A stretch of DNA of 64,000 nt, taken from positions 18,492 to 82,491 of IMG/VR virus record IMGVR_UViG_3300021964_000036; one strand, written 5' to 3'. Within the stretch, counting starts at the first letter, position 1, and every line of letters begins with the position of its first letter. The translations under genes were made by a program, and so were the position numbers. The notes beneath the pieces are model-generated. The model was given only the letters and a program-made list of their open reading frames with translations, made no database searches and was not told where the DNA came from. Origin of the DNA: a virus. Positions 37,399-46,872 of this stretch are shown piece after piece.

Positions 37399-38799
37399 AT
37401 GTGTGGAATAGTAATAACAAAAAACCTAGAAGAGGAAGTAATTGACTCTATCAAACATAGGGGAATCGAAAAAACCGTTATCTCAAAGAATGGGCTTAAT
37501 CTATGTCACCACAGGCTTCCTATTCAAACTGCCGATGGTGATGATTGGAACCAGCCAATAGAGGTATCAGACGGCATCTATTTGCTGTTTAACGGGGAGA
37601 TTTTTAACTATGATACAGATAGGTTTGGTTCTGATATAGAATATCTAACAAATTTATTTTCTAGGTACCGTGGGGGAAGCTTCGAGATGTTTTGCTCACT
37701 TTTTGTGCCAACCATACAGACTTGGGATGGTTTCTGGGCGATTACTATTTATGATTCTTCAACCAATGAGGTAATTGCTTTTACGGATCCTCTTGGCAGA
37801 AAGTGTCTTTATTATAATTCATTAGGAGATATTGCTTCTGAGATAAAGCCTTTGGTATATGATAATTCTCAGATTGATGAATCTTTTATTAGTACCGTAA
37901 GAAAATGGGGATACAACACTGACGATAGAACTGCTTTTGGCGATGTTAAAAGAATACTTCCAAATAATATCTATTCTTTTAACATGGATTCACCGGAGTT
38001 TAAGAACGTTTATAAGACATATTATAAGGGGTTCGATTACCCCATTCAGGAGCTGGTTGGTAAGGGGTATGAAGAACATATGGAGTGGCTTTGGTCCAAA
38101 ATGTTTGAATCTGTAAGAAATAGACTTGTTTCAAAGGATTATCCAATATCTCTTCTTATTTCTGGTGGTTTGGATTCTTCGATAATTGCATCTATACTTA
38201 ATGAAATGGGCGCCGATGTTAGGTGGTTCAGTATTGAAAACGGTGAAAAGGAATTTGTAGATATTCTTGCAAATAAACTCGGTAAATCTGTTTCATTCCT
38301 TGATTATTCTATGGATGAATCGATGAATGAAGAAATTTATAAAAAATGGAACGAGTCTCCTATAGATCTTGGATCTGTTATACCACAATACCATCTTTTT
38401 GATGCAGTTAAGAGATTTGGAGGATATCGAATAGTACTTTCTGGTGATGGTGCTGATGAATTGTTTGGTGGATATAAAAGAATTCATGAATACGATTCAC
38501 AAAAGTCAGATGTTTTTGACGAGCTCTCATATTATCACCTACCTAGATTGGACAAGATGTCGATGGCACACACTCTGGAGTTAAGAAGTCCTTTTTTGAA
38601 TCTAGATCTTGTAAGGTTTGCTTTACATCTTCCTTTAGAATGGAGAAAGGATAAGAAAATCCTTAAAGACACATTTGCTCCATTACTTCCTGATGAGATA
38701 GTAAATCGTAAAAAAGCACCGCTCAAGAATCCTAAAATCAAGGAGGATAAAATTGCTTACCGATATAAGGCGGTAGATCTTTTCTTGGGGAATAGATAA
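37399..38799 (+). CDS. asnB: asparagine synthase (glutamine-hydrolysing)-like amidotransferase
   Basis: MCGI, HRL, FNGEIFNY, SGGLDSS, LSGDGADELFGGY, RLDKMSMAH.LE.RSPFL. Confidence 0.92.
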   Translation: MCGIVITKNLEEEVIDSIKHRGIEKTVISKNGLNLCHHRLPIQTADGDDWNQPIEVSDGIYLLFNGEIFNYDTDRFGSDIEYLTNLFSRYRGGSFEMFCSLFVPTIQTWDGFWAITIYDSSTNEVIAFTDPLGRKCLYYNSLGDIASEIKPLVYDNSQIDESFISTVRKWGYNTDDRTAFGDVKRILPNNIYSFNMDSPEFKNVYKTYYKGFDYPIQELVGKGYEEHMEWLWSKMFESVRNRLVSKDYPISLLISGGLDSSIIASILNEMGADVRWFSIENGEKEFVDILANKLGKSVSFLDYSMDESMNEEIYKKWNESPIDLGSVIPQYHLFDAVKRFGGYRIVLSGDGADELFGGYKRIHEYDSQKSDVFDELSYYHLPRLDKMSMAHTLELRSPFLNLDLVRFALHLPLEWRKDKKILKDTFAPLLPDEIVNRKKAPLKNPKIKEDKIAYRYKAVDLFLGNR

Positions 38800-38808
38800 A
38801 TTGTGTTC

Positions 38809-38837
38809 TGGAGCGATATATAAAGAAAAACGCTCCA
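38809..38837 (+). promoter_or_regulatory. late promoter GATATATA inside a hairpin abutting the start codon
   Basis: TGGAGCG / CGCTCCA stem; ATG at 38840. Confidence 0.65.
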
Positions 38838-38839
38838 TA

Positions 38840-39520
38840 ATGGCTAATAATATTAAATCATTTAGTGATTTTAAATCTGCTAGCGTTTCTGATGTGAACG
38901 AGAACTGGGTTTCTGATCTTTTGGGATACGCTGGTGGAGCATTCAGTGACGTACTTAAAGGAAAAGCTTCTGCTTATCTAATGAGTTTTTTCGGCATTGG
39001 TGAACAATCTATATTTAGTAAGCTTGTACAAAACTTTGTAGAACAAATTCCAATTGCAGATCTTACTAAAATCATATTTGCTGGTAAGGCTAATTCAGCT
39101 TATTTAGCTCCTAAGATGGCAGATGCAACTATAGAATTCCTATCAGAAAAAGGTTTGGATGGTATTGCACAGGATCTTCATATCGACCCTTCAGGTTGGA
39201 TATACAGGACCCTTTCAGAAATCGTAAGCAACCAAGCAAGAAGAGAAAACTTTAGAGAGCAATTGGTCGGATTTTATTTACAAGCATTTAATGGATTTGA
39301 AAGCCCAGATATGGATGAGTTTAAAAATTCGTTATCCCCAATGGAAACAAGAAGCCTGGAAAAAGGTTTAGAGGATGTTGCTAGAAGGTCTGGAGGAGAT
39401 ATAAACATTACACCAAGCGAAGGTGGTGCAGATTTAGTCACTAACTTTTTAAGTGGATTAGTTGGAAATGGACAATCAATGCAATCACTGGGGCTTAGCA
39501 CTGGGGGAACAATTCAATAA
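38840..39520 (+). CDS. putative head-internal protein
   Basis: Leader MANNIKSFSDF...VNE; start at ATG 38840. Confidence 0.6.
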   Translation: MANNIKSFSDFKSASVSDVNENWVSDLLGYAGGAFSDVLKGKASAYLMSFFGIGEQSIFSKLVQNFVEQIPIADLTKIIFAGKANSAYLAPKMADATIEFLSEKGLDGIAQDLHIDPSGWIYRTLSEIVSNQARRENFREQLVGFYLQAFNGFESPDMDEFKNSLSPMETRSLEKGLEDVARRSGGDINITPSEGGADLVTNFLSGLVGNGQSMQSLGLSTGGTIQ

Positions 39521-39532
39521 AATATTTAGACC

Positions 39533-39901
39533 ATGAATATAAATGACGTATCAAAGAGAGAAGTTTTAGACTTTGATCAGTTTAAAAAGAAGGTTCACGA
39601 CGAAACCTACAAACCATTCTCAGCTGAGAATCAGGAAAGCGGTGAAGGAAAGACCGGATTACATAAGATAAAAAGAGAGCCTGCTTATGATTGGGTTGGC
39701 TATGCTGATGCAGTATTTAGCCCAGAAAAAGCAGGAATTGAGGTTCCTGGATATAATGCTGATGGCGATAGAGAGTACAATATAGCAAACGCGGGTCCTT
39801 CTATTGTAAATGCTCCAAATTCAGCACAGACGCTTTCAAGCGCACTTGGGGAATCTGCTGTAAACGAGTCATTCTCTATCAAAAGGTTAGAGGACTTCTA
39901 A
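39533..39901 (+). CDS. small putative head-internal protein
   Basis: VLDFDQF near the N-terminus and VNES.SIKRLEDF at the C-terminus. Confidence 0.55.
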   Translation: MNINDVSKREVLDFDQFKKKVHDETYKPFSAENQESGEGKTGLHKIKREPAYDWVGYADAVFSPEKAGIEVPGYNADGDREYNIANAGPSIVNAPNSAQTLSSALGESAVNESFSIKRLEDF

Positions 39902-39925
39902 AATTCTAGCTATTACATTACATTT

Positions 39926-39958
39926 AAAGACAAGTTTCTTTTGAAACTTGTCTTTTTT
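39926..39958 (+). terminator. intrinsic terminator overlapping an ECF promoter -35 element
   Basis: AAAGACAAGTTTC-TTTT-GAAACTTGTCTTT plus T run. Confidence 0.85.
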
Positions 39959-39969
39959 GTTTGCTATAA
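39943..39969 (+). promoter_or_regulatory. putative phage ECF-sigma promoter
   Basis: GAAAC-N16-CTATAA. Confidence 0.55.
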
Positions 39970-39987
39970 ATCATATAAGCAAATCTG

Positions 39988-40656
39988 ATGAATATAAAAT
40001 TAGTTCACATTTTGACAGAGCCAGATACTAGGAGGGAAGTTTCATCTATAGGGTCTTTGTCTCCTTTGGGAGAATTGGGTTTAGAATACATCCAACAAAT
40101 AAATCAACGGTATGTAGGTGATGCCTGGAAATCAACCCCAGCTTTAAGTCAATCACCTGCTACAAACCACGGTCCAGGACATTATGGAGCTTTCCAGTCT
40201 TTTAAGAAAGCAATGCTAGATAATTTTACTGAGGATCTGGATGCTTTGGTTCTTTGTGAATGTGATTGTGTACTAGAATGCTCGCCCGAGGAATTCATGT
40301 TTACGCTGAGAAGGGGCATAGATTTTTGCAAAGATAATGATCTTAAGTACCTATCATTAGGATCTAGGTTTGTAAACGGGGTTTTACAATCCCCAGAGAC
40401 TGGTTCTGATGCTAATTTTCCGGACTTTTATGTTACAAACAAGGTTATTTTAGCACACTGTATTGTGTTACCAGCATCTTCTAGGGACCTTATTCTTGGT
40501 GCAATTGATAAATTTAGCTGGGATAGCCCAGATATTTGGTTTAATGAAGCACTTTGGAGGTCTGGTGTTAATAGATTTGGTATAGTTAAGGAAAGACTTG
40601 CAAGACAACACGAGGGGATATCCCTAATCGATAACGTCTGGAAAGAATCTCAATAA
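39988..40656 (+). CDS. GT25-like glycosyltransferase
   Basis: GHYGAFQS...LVLCECDCV aligns with the GT25 GCxxSH...LILEDD pattern; also AHC and D.W. Confidence 0.55.
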   Translation: MNIKLVHILTEPDTRREVSSIGSLSPLGELGLEYIQQINQRYVGDAWKSTPALSQSPATNHGPGHYGAFQSFKKAMLDNFTEDLDALVLCECDCVLECSPEEFMFTLRRGIDFCKDNDLKYLSLGSRFVNGVLQSPETGSDANFPDFYVTNKVILAHCIVLPASSRDLILGAIDKFSWDSPDIWFNEALWRSGVNRFGIVKERLARQHEGISLIDNVWKESQ

Positions 40657-40657
40657 T

Positions 40658-41386
40658 TTATTTCCTTTCTCTTTCTTCTTTGCTTATCTCCCTAATAAAT
40701 AGCTCTTTAGCTATTTTGAGTGTTACCGATTCTTCATTAAAATCCTCGTAAATTTCCATCACATTTACTGCTGGATCAATTGAATGTTCTAGATTCATTA
40801 TCTCTATTATCTCGTGAACGATGAATTCGTATGACATCGAGAAGTAAGAATTTCTAAGGAAGACTCTTTTCATAAGCGTACCTGCTGATCCCCTTCCCAT
40901 TTTTCCATTTTGCCACCAGTATGCGATAATTTGATCGCTTGACATATTTCTAAATATAAGTATGCCTTGATCTTTTTTAAGTGCATCCCCAAATCTTTCG
41001 AGACTGAAAGATTTTATTCTGCTCTCTATATTTTTCCAAAGATCCATACCAAGGTCAGCGTACTTATAGAGTATGTTAAGTGAGTTTTCTATAATTTTCT
41101 TAACTTCCTCCCTCTCAAATTCTTCTAACCTTGAAGTCTCGTAATATTCAACTAGATTTTTTATATGTGTTGGAAGATCTTTTGGTATATCCTTGAATTC
41201 CTTTTCAATCCAAATTTTCACAGAGCTTAGTTCCTTAATCATGGAGAAAATCTTTTTTATTGGATAATAAATATCCTCCTCCCTAATGTCTTTATTGACA
41301 GTTGATAGGAAATCTAATAAAACGTATTGTTTGTATTCTTGATCGATTGGATGTTCGATGAACCATGTGGGTTGAATGTCTTTCAT
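40658..41386 (-). CDS. hypothetical protein (only credible minus-strand gene)
   Basis: 242-aa ORF filling the gap between + strand genes; WF.E.PID.EYKQY.LL motif. Confidence 0.75.
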   Translation of the reverse strand: MKDIQPTWFIEHPIDQEYKQYVLLDFLSTVNKDIREEDIYYPIKKIFSMIKELSSVKIWIEKEFKDIPKDLPTHIKNLVEYYETSRLEEFEREEVKKIIENSLNILYKYADLGMDLWKNIESRIKSFSLERFGDALKKDQGILIFRNMSSDQIIAYWWQNGKMGRGSAGTLMKRVFLRNSYFSMSYEFIVHEIIEIMNLEHSIDPAVNVMEIYEDFNEESVTLKIAKELFIREISKEERERK

Positions 41387-41467
41387 GGTGGAAGAATTAT
41401 GTTTGTTACTCTATATATTGTCCCCTGGGTATACTTCTTGACTTTAAAAGAACCTGTTTAGTTGCGT

Positions 41468-41475
41468 GATATATA
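41468..41475 (+). promoter_or_regulatory. putative late promoter GATATATA
   Basis: Intergenic, before ATG 41500. Confidence 0.65.
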
Positions 41476-41499
41476 ATACATAAAAAAAGTGGTCACAGT

Positions 41500-41937
41500 A
41501 TGCCAAGGATAGACGATTATATTTCATTTAGCTCTAGTAAGAAAAACAACGTTTCTAGCGAGTTTTCTTTCTCCAAAGAATTAGGTATGCTGGATGTCCA
41601 AATTGTAAACAGACCACCAGAAATTTCAGACGTAGATTCTCTTGAACTTGAAATAGAATACAAGGTTTCAATTGCAAGAAGAAAGGACGGTATACAGGAT
41701 TTGGATTTTATGGTTGAAAGTATGGAACTTGAAATAAAAGTCGATGATTACCCTAACGAGCAAAAGGAATTTGAGTTTGATATTGTTCCTGATGTTAATA
41801 TTGCAATACCTTCTGTTGTGATCCAAAAGGGTTCAAGACTAGTTCCAACAGATCCAACATTTGCAAGAATTGATATGAGAAAATCAATGAACCCAAAAGA
41901 CTTCAGAATACAAATACTCTTTGGCAGTAATGAATAA
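41500..41937 (+). CDS. hypothetical late protein
   Basis: ORF after a late promoter; leader MPRIDDYISF. Confidence 0.65.
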   Translation: MPRIDDYISFSSSKKNNVSSEFSFSKELGMLDVQIVNRPPEISDVDSLELEIEYKVSIARRKDGIQDLDFMVESMELEIKVDDYPNEQKEFEFDIVPDVNIAIPSVVIQKGSRLVPTDPTFARIDMRKSMNPKDFRIQILFGSNE

Positions 41938-42847
41938 GGCTTTGAACTTTGCCCAGTTTGGTAAAATAAACGAATCACTCTCAATATCAAAAAAAGATGT
42001 TGGGTTAATTGGTCCCAATATGGATGGGGAAATTAAGCTGAGAATTCCTAATCCTGGCATAACTTTAAAAAGAATAGATGACGGGGAGAATTACGTCTTT
42101 GAGATAGGAGAAAAATCTTGTTCGGTCCCTAAAAAATTCATTTCATTATCAACCCAACCCGGTTATGACATTGTTTCGTTTAATACTAACACTAATTGGT
42201 TTAAACAGGAAAATAATTCGGAAAGAATCTCTGATGTGATTGAAGAATTCCTCACATCTCAGTATAAAAGTCTGTCTAAAAGTAGCGACCCAATTAAGGA
42301 TGACGTTAACATTATTTTGGATGCTTTTGGTATTGAGGATGATGTTACAGCATTCAATTCCAATTCACCATTACAAATGGATGGACAGACACAAAACGGG
42401 ATGGAGTTTGAGATAGAGAAAGAAACTTCGGAGGATCTCTTTAAAAAGTTTTTTTTGTATAAGGATATTGACTCAATACATCCCATGATTTCTATTAAGA
42501 GGAAGGGAGCAAGATTCAATTGTATCTATAGAACACCAAAGGGAAACTTTGAATGTAAGCATGATTCTATTGATGAGATGCTAAATAGCCCAACTGATAA
42601 GTATCTTATGTCAGTTTGCATTGGGAATGAATCGGAGGAAAATCAAAGAAACCTTGTGGATCACTTGATGAGGCTTTTCAAATATCATTCCTGGGATAAA
42701 GCAGATTCGAAAGCGAAAGCAAGCAAAAATGCAGAGGAGAGGAAAGAGATTAAGAAGATAATGAATATTCTCAAAAACACTATCTCCGAGGACCATATTG
42801 GGGAGATGTACTCTGATGCAAGGTCTAAATTCATGGGTAACAGGTAA
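41930..42847 (+). CDS. putative head-internal protein
   Basis: Leader MNKALNFAQFGKINES; start at ATG 41930. Confidence 0.6.
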   Translation: MNKALNFAQFGKINESLSISKKDVGLIGPNMDGEIKLRIPNPGITLKRIDDGENYVFEIGEKSCSVPKKFISLSTQPGYDIVSFNTNTNWFKQENNSERISDVIEEFLTSQYKSLSKSSDPIKDDVNIILDAFGIEDDVTAFNSNSPLQMDGQTQNGMEFEIEKETSEDLFKKFFLYKDIDSIHPMISIKRKGARFNCIYRTPKGNFECKHDSIDEMLNSPTDKYLMSVCIGNESEENQRNLVDHLMRLFKYHSWDKADSKAKASKNAEERKEIKKIMNILKNTISEDHIGEMYSDARSKFMGNR

Positions 42848-42966
42848 AGCCCGGAACACTTTTGCACATTCACCATATAACAATTAAATCCAGCAATGCT
42901 GCCCGGTGAATTGTTTTTACACAAATATTTTCAAGTTTCGGTTAAACTCCTAACAATTGGAATCAA

Positions 42967-43641
42967 ATGGGATGGCTGAGTCGATTATTTAAGAAAGAAA
43001 AGAAGATGGATCTTAAAGAAAAAACTTTACCAGAGATTAGGGAAGAATTATCCAAAGTTGACTTCCAATGGATAAAAGGTGATAAAGCAGGAAATGTCGA
43101 AAAATTCGACGACGTTTTAAGCGATGAATCTACAGGGATGACCTTTGTTAGCTTTAAAGGTGGTGGGAGAATCAATATAGAATTACTTGGTGAATATCTT
43201 GATACTTTCCCCGCTTCAAAGGTTGACTTTAATAGTGTAGCTGTAGATAATCCACCTATTCCTAATGTTTTAAGTGAAGCAACGGGACAAGATAAAAAGT
43301 CAGCAGCACCTGTCCGCAGAAATACTGTTTCATCCATCGAGCTTGAAGAATCTCCGATATATAAACTATTAAAACAGCAGAAGGAAAATTGGGTAAGCGT
43401 GAATATTTCGCTTAAGCTTAATTTACCTCCTAAAAATCTGTACAATGTTTTAATTACTTCCTTTGATGGGGCAAACGAGGAGATTGTTGATTATGTAACT
43501 GAGGGAATTGACATAGAGGATATAAGAGCTGCTCTGGCAGAATCTATTTTAGCATACTATAATGTAACCCAAAAGTCAACTAGCCAGAGATCAAAGAAGA
43601 ACATTGAAGAAAATAAATCCGTTGAGGATGGAGAAGAATAA
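42967..43641 (+). CDS. hypothetical protein
   Basis: Long ATG ORF in operon context. Confidence 0.7.
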   Translation: MGWLSRLFKKEKKMDLKEKTLPEIREELSKVDFQWIKGDKAGNVEKFDDVLSDESTGMTFVSFKGGGRINIELLGEYLDTFPASKVDFNSVAVDNPPIPNVLSEATGQDKKSAAPVRRNTVSSIELEESPIYKLLKQQKENWVSVNISLKLNLPPKNLYNVLITSFDGANEEIVDYVTEGIDIEDIRAALAESILAYYNVTQKSTSQRSKKNIEENKSVEDGEE

Positions 43642-44203
43642 AATATTATACGAAACGCCAGGTTTGCATCTTGTAGAAAGGGATGGAAGAATTGGGGTTG
43701 TACCCACTTTTATGAATGTTGTGGTTATGCCTTTTATCTCTGATGAACAGGGTCTTCCTCTAGCAGTTGGAGTACTTAAAGAACCAAACCCTTTTAGGGA
43801 GGGTGGAATGACTATCTCTTTGATTACTGGAACAAGCGATGACGAGGACCCAGATTTGCTCACAACCGCTAAGAGAGAATTATTAGAGGAAAGCGGATTT
43901 CAGGCTGACGGAAACGAAAGATGGTACTATTTAGGATCTGTCACTTCATCAAAGTTCGTAGATCACGAACAACCTTGTTTTGCCGTAGATGTTACTGGAT
44001 TAGAAAGAGGTGAACCAATTACTGATGGTAGCCCAGAAGAGCAAGAGATGGAATTTAAATTCATTCCTGCTAATGACGTGGTAAAAGCTAAAGATATTTT
44101 TATTCCCGGACTTTTCCTCAAGCTCTTCAAATATGTTCTTGGCATAGATATACAGGGAACTGGTGAGGAATCTAAAGGCGTGGATTTAAATCTTAAACAA
44201 TGA
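43628..44203 (+). CDS. NUDIX hydrolase
   Basis: Nudix box GTSDDEDPDLLTTAKRELLEESG; start at ATG 43628. Confidence 0.85.
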   Translation: MEKNKILYETPGLHLVERDGRIGVVPTFMNVVVMPFISDEQGLPLAVGVLKEPNPFREGGMTISLITGTSDDEDPDLLTTAKRELLEESGFQADGNERWYYLGSVTSSKFVDHEQPCFAVDVTGLERGEPITDGSPEEQEMEFKFIPANDVVKAKDIFIPGLFLKLFKYVLGIDIQGTGEESKGVDLNLKQ

Positions 44204-44541
44204 GTCAATCTAGAAGACAAAGAAGACAAATGGCCAAACATTTCGGCTTTTTGGGAAAAAAGGAATCATTTGATGAAATGAGGGAAAGGATAAGAAGATC
44301 CCAACAAATGGGTAAGCAGATCCACCTCAAGAACATGGAAAACATCAAGAACAATCAAATTGAAACCCAAAAGGAAAGGGATATTGCTTTGCAAGAGGAT
44401 CTTATAAAGGAGACCATTTCTGAAAATGGGATTAGTTCCAACGAAAGTATTGAATTAAATACTGGATCTTTCGATTTCTTGAATGATATAAAAGATGGAC
44501 CTCAGGCTTCTGGTGAAAAAGAAACCGAAGATAATGCCTAA
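44200..44541 (+). CDS. hypothetical protein (basic N-terminus, acidic C-terminus)
   Basis: ATGA overlap; MSQSRRQRR. Confidence 0.65.
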   Translation: MSQSRRQRRQMAKHFGFLGKKESFDEMRERIRRSQQMGKQIHLKNMENIKNNQIETQKERDIALQEDLIKETISENGISSNESIELNTGSFDFLNDIKDGPQASGEKETEDNA

Positions 44542-44869
44542 GGAAATACCAGATACAAGATTCGTTTTAACGTCAAGGTCCCTCAAAGAGGCCAAAAGAA
44601 AATACTGCTCTGATAAAACCTATTACATAGTTGACATAGGTAAAATTATTAGGGAGCTCGGCTATGATACTGATGAGCTTTCGCCAGAGTCAGAGTTTGT
44701 AATCAATTACGCGGTTCAGAAGAAAATAACACAAGGAATATATAGTACAAGATGTAATGACATCTTGGTAGTGTATAAGAACATCTCTCAGAGATTTGCA
44801 GAAAATCTACACCATTTTCTCCAGGAAGAAATGGAAGAGGAGTTCGAATTCACTATCGAGGTAGAATGA
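44534..44869 (+). CDS. hypothetical protein
   Basis: Start at ATG 44534, overlapping the upstream stop. Confidence 0.6.
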   Translation: MPKEIPDTRFVLTSRSLKEAKRKYCSDKTYYIVDIGKIIRELGYDTDELSPESEFVINYAVQKKITQGIYSTRCNDILVVYKNISQRFAENLHHFLQEEMEEEFEFTIEVE

Positions 44870-44890
44870 AAAAAAATCTTGGCTATATAA

Positions 44891-46861
44891 ATGGGGAATC
44901 CTCAAAATTCAAGTACTGGATCTAGATCTGCTACCGAAGCTTATTTTAATAGGGCTTCAAAATTTAAATTTGGTAATTCTTCTGGGAGTCCAACTACCGC
45001 TGCAAATAGTGCTATCCATGGATCAAGAGAGGCACAACTTGACAGTGCATCCGCACAAACAACGTCAAGAATGTCCAACTTGGGGTCAGTTAACCCTAAC
45101 AAAGGACCATCACCTAGGACTTTATTTTACAATGGCGGTTTTTATTCATCGGATGATGCAAAGTACGGTCAATTTTTATTTTACTCTTTTGGTAATAATG
45201 AAAATACTTTTATCCAAGAGTATTACAAATCTGAAAATCGGGAATTTAATTCCAGAATTTCCCCCGTTTCGACTATTACCGGAAGTGGTGCAAGCAAAAA
45301 TCCTTCAGCTGGACAACTTGTTAGAATAACACAACAACTTAGAAATGAAGCTGATCCTTCCGTCGGAACTGATTCACAGGATTCGGGTGGAAGCTTTGGG
45401 ACAAGGACAAATAAATCGCTTATAATTGGTGGTTTATCTGCTCCATATGATTGGAAGGATTTTCTATACTGCAAGTATTATGGAAGTATTCCAAATAACT
45501 ACATGATTACTCTCAGGAGATTTCCTGCCCCAATGCGAGATAACTTGTCAATTCCAGACCAGCTTTTAGCAACAGATCTTTATAAAAAACAGGGAGCTGG
45601 TAGACCTGTTGCTCAAGCTGTAACTTGGTGGGGCGGAAATACGGATAACTCCCTAAATGAGGTCATAGGGTTTAGTGCAGGTTTAAATTGGGACCAAAAA
45701 ACCCAGGATGATGTAAAATACCAAAAGGGGATTGATCAAGGGTTTTTTAAAAGTGTTTTGGGAAGAGCATTCGCGGGAGCAGCTGCAGGAGCAGGAGCAG
45801 GAGAATTATTGGCAACACTAGGTGATGTTGCTAACTTAGCTGTTGCAGCTACTGATGGTGGTAGAGATGAGGTGACAACTCCAAAAATAAATTTTGCTCT
45901 AAGGGACAAAATGATATCTGATGGAGGACCTTTATCTGATTTTATATTTGTTTCTGTAGATACAGTAGATAAAACTTGGGTCAGGGGAAGAGGTTTAACC
46001 TTCAGTGAGGCACCAATAAAATTAAAGTTTCACTATGAGCTTACTTCTTTGGGTGAGGTAAATACCAAAGCTGCCATGGTTGACATTATAGGTAATTTGC
46101 TTTCAATTGGTACAAATTACGGTAATTTTTTAACCCCAGATATTAGATATGATAATTCTTTCCCTGCTATTGGATTCCCGGGAGGCGACGAGGGTTTAAG
46201 GTCTTTTTATTCAGATCCGATTAAATGGACTAAAACAGCAATTAAATATCTTTCTGATCCAGATGCTTCTACAATGAATGACCCGCAAGCCCAGCAATTT
46301 AAGGAGTCTGGTGATGCGGTTCAAAAAGCTGTAAACGAGCTTCAAAGTGTTGTAAAGCAACTTGCAACAAGTGATATGCAAGCACTTAACGAACTTGTAG
46401 AATCCGATGCAGCTGTTGGTAATATAATTGCCTTTGCACTTGCTGATGATTTTATACAAAATGTACAGCTTCCAGTTGCTCTTCAAACAGGAGCACCTAC
46501 TGGTGAATGGCATATGGTAGTGGGAAACCCTATGAATCCTATAGCAATGGTAGGTAATCTAGTTTGCCAGGGGGTTGAAATAGAATTTAGTGATGTGTTA
46601 GGTCCTGATGATTTTCCTACTGAAATTACAGCTACCTTTACTATGCTACACGGGAGAGATCGAGAAAGGGGAGAAATAGAAAGTATGTTTAACAGAGGTG
46701 ACGGAAGACTTTATCAAAGCACAATTCCAACTTACGCAAACAACCAGTCCATATACAACCAAGGTCTTTCCGACGGAAGCATTGTTCAAACTTCTAGTGA
46801 TAACACAACTATTATTAATCCTTCGGATACTGTGGCTCAAACTGGTGGACAACCAAATTAA
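44891..46861 (+). CDS. baseplate/tail-tube-fold structural protein (gp48/gp54-like)
   Basis: First gene of the baseplate cluster; C-terminal GNLVC..VEIEF...GPDDFPTEI..TFT tube-like strands. Confidence 0.45.
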   Translation: MGNPQNSSTGSRSATEAYFNRASKFKFGNSSGSPTTAANSAIHGSREAQLDSASAQTTSRMSNLGSVNPNKGPSPRTLFYNGGFYSSDDAKYGQFLFYSFGNNENTFIQEYYKSENREFNSRISPVSTITGSGASKNPSAGQLVRITQQLRNEADPSVGTDSQDSGGSFGTRTNKSLIIGGLSAPYDWKDFLYCKYYGSIPNNYMITLRRFPAPMRDNLSIPDQLLATDLYKKQGAGRPVAQAVTWWGGNTDNSLNEVIGFSAGLNWDQKTQDDVKYQKGIDQGFFKSVLGRAFAGAAAGAGAGELLATLGDVANLAVAATDGGRDEVTTPKINFALRDKMISDGGPLSDFIFVSVDTVDKTWVRGRGLTFSEAPIKLKFHYELTSLGEVNTKAAMVDIIGNLLSIGTNYGNFLTPDIRYDNSFPAIGFPGGDEGLRSFYSDPIKWTKTAIKYLSDPDASTMNDPQAQQFKESGDAVQKAVNELQSVVKQLATSDMQALNELVESDAAVGNIIAFALADDFIQNVQLPVALQTGAPTGEWHMVVGNPMNPIAMVGNLVCQGVEIEFSDVLGPDDFPTEITATFTMLHGRDRERGEIESMFNRGDGRLYQSTIPTYANNQSIYNQGLSDGSIVQTSSDNTTIINPSDTVAQTGGQPN

Positions 46862-46872
46862 AATTTTAGATT

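Noticed and set aside
42848-42966. Possible structured ncRNA or promoter in the gap (ATTCACC/GGTGAAT pairing; GGAAC-N17-ATATAA)
   Set aside because: Pairing is short and the promoter match deviates from the consensus; insufficient support.
43356-43363. GATATATA inside CDS 42967..43641
   Set aside because: About 265 nt from the next start and before a non-structural gene; plausible by chance in AT-rich DNA.
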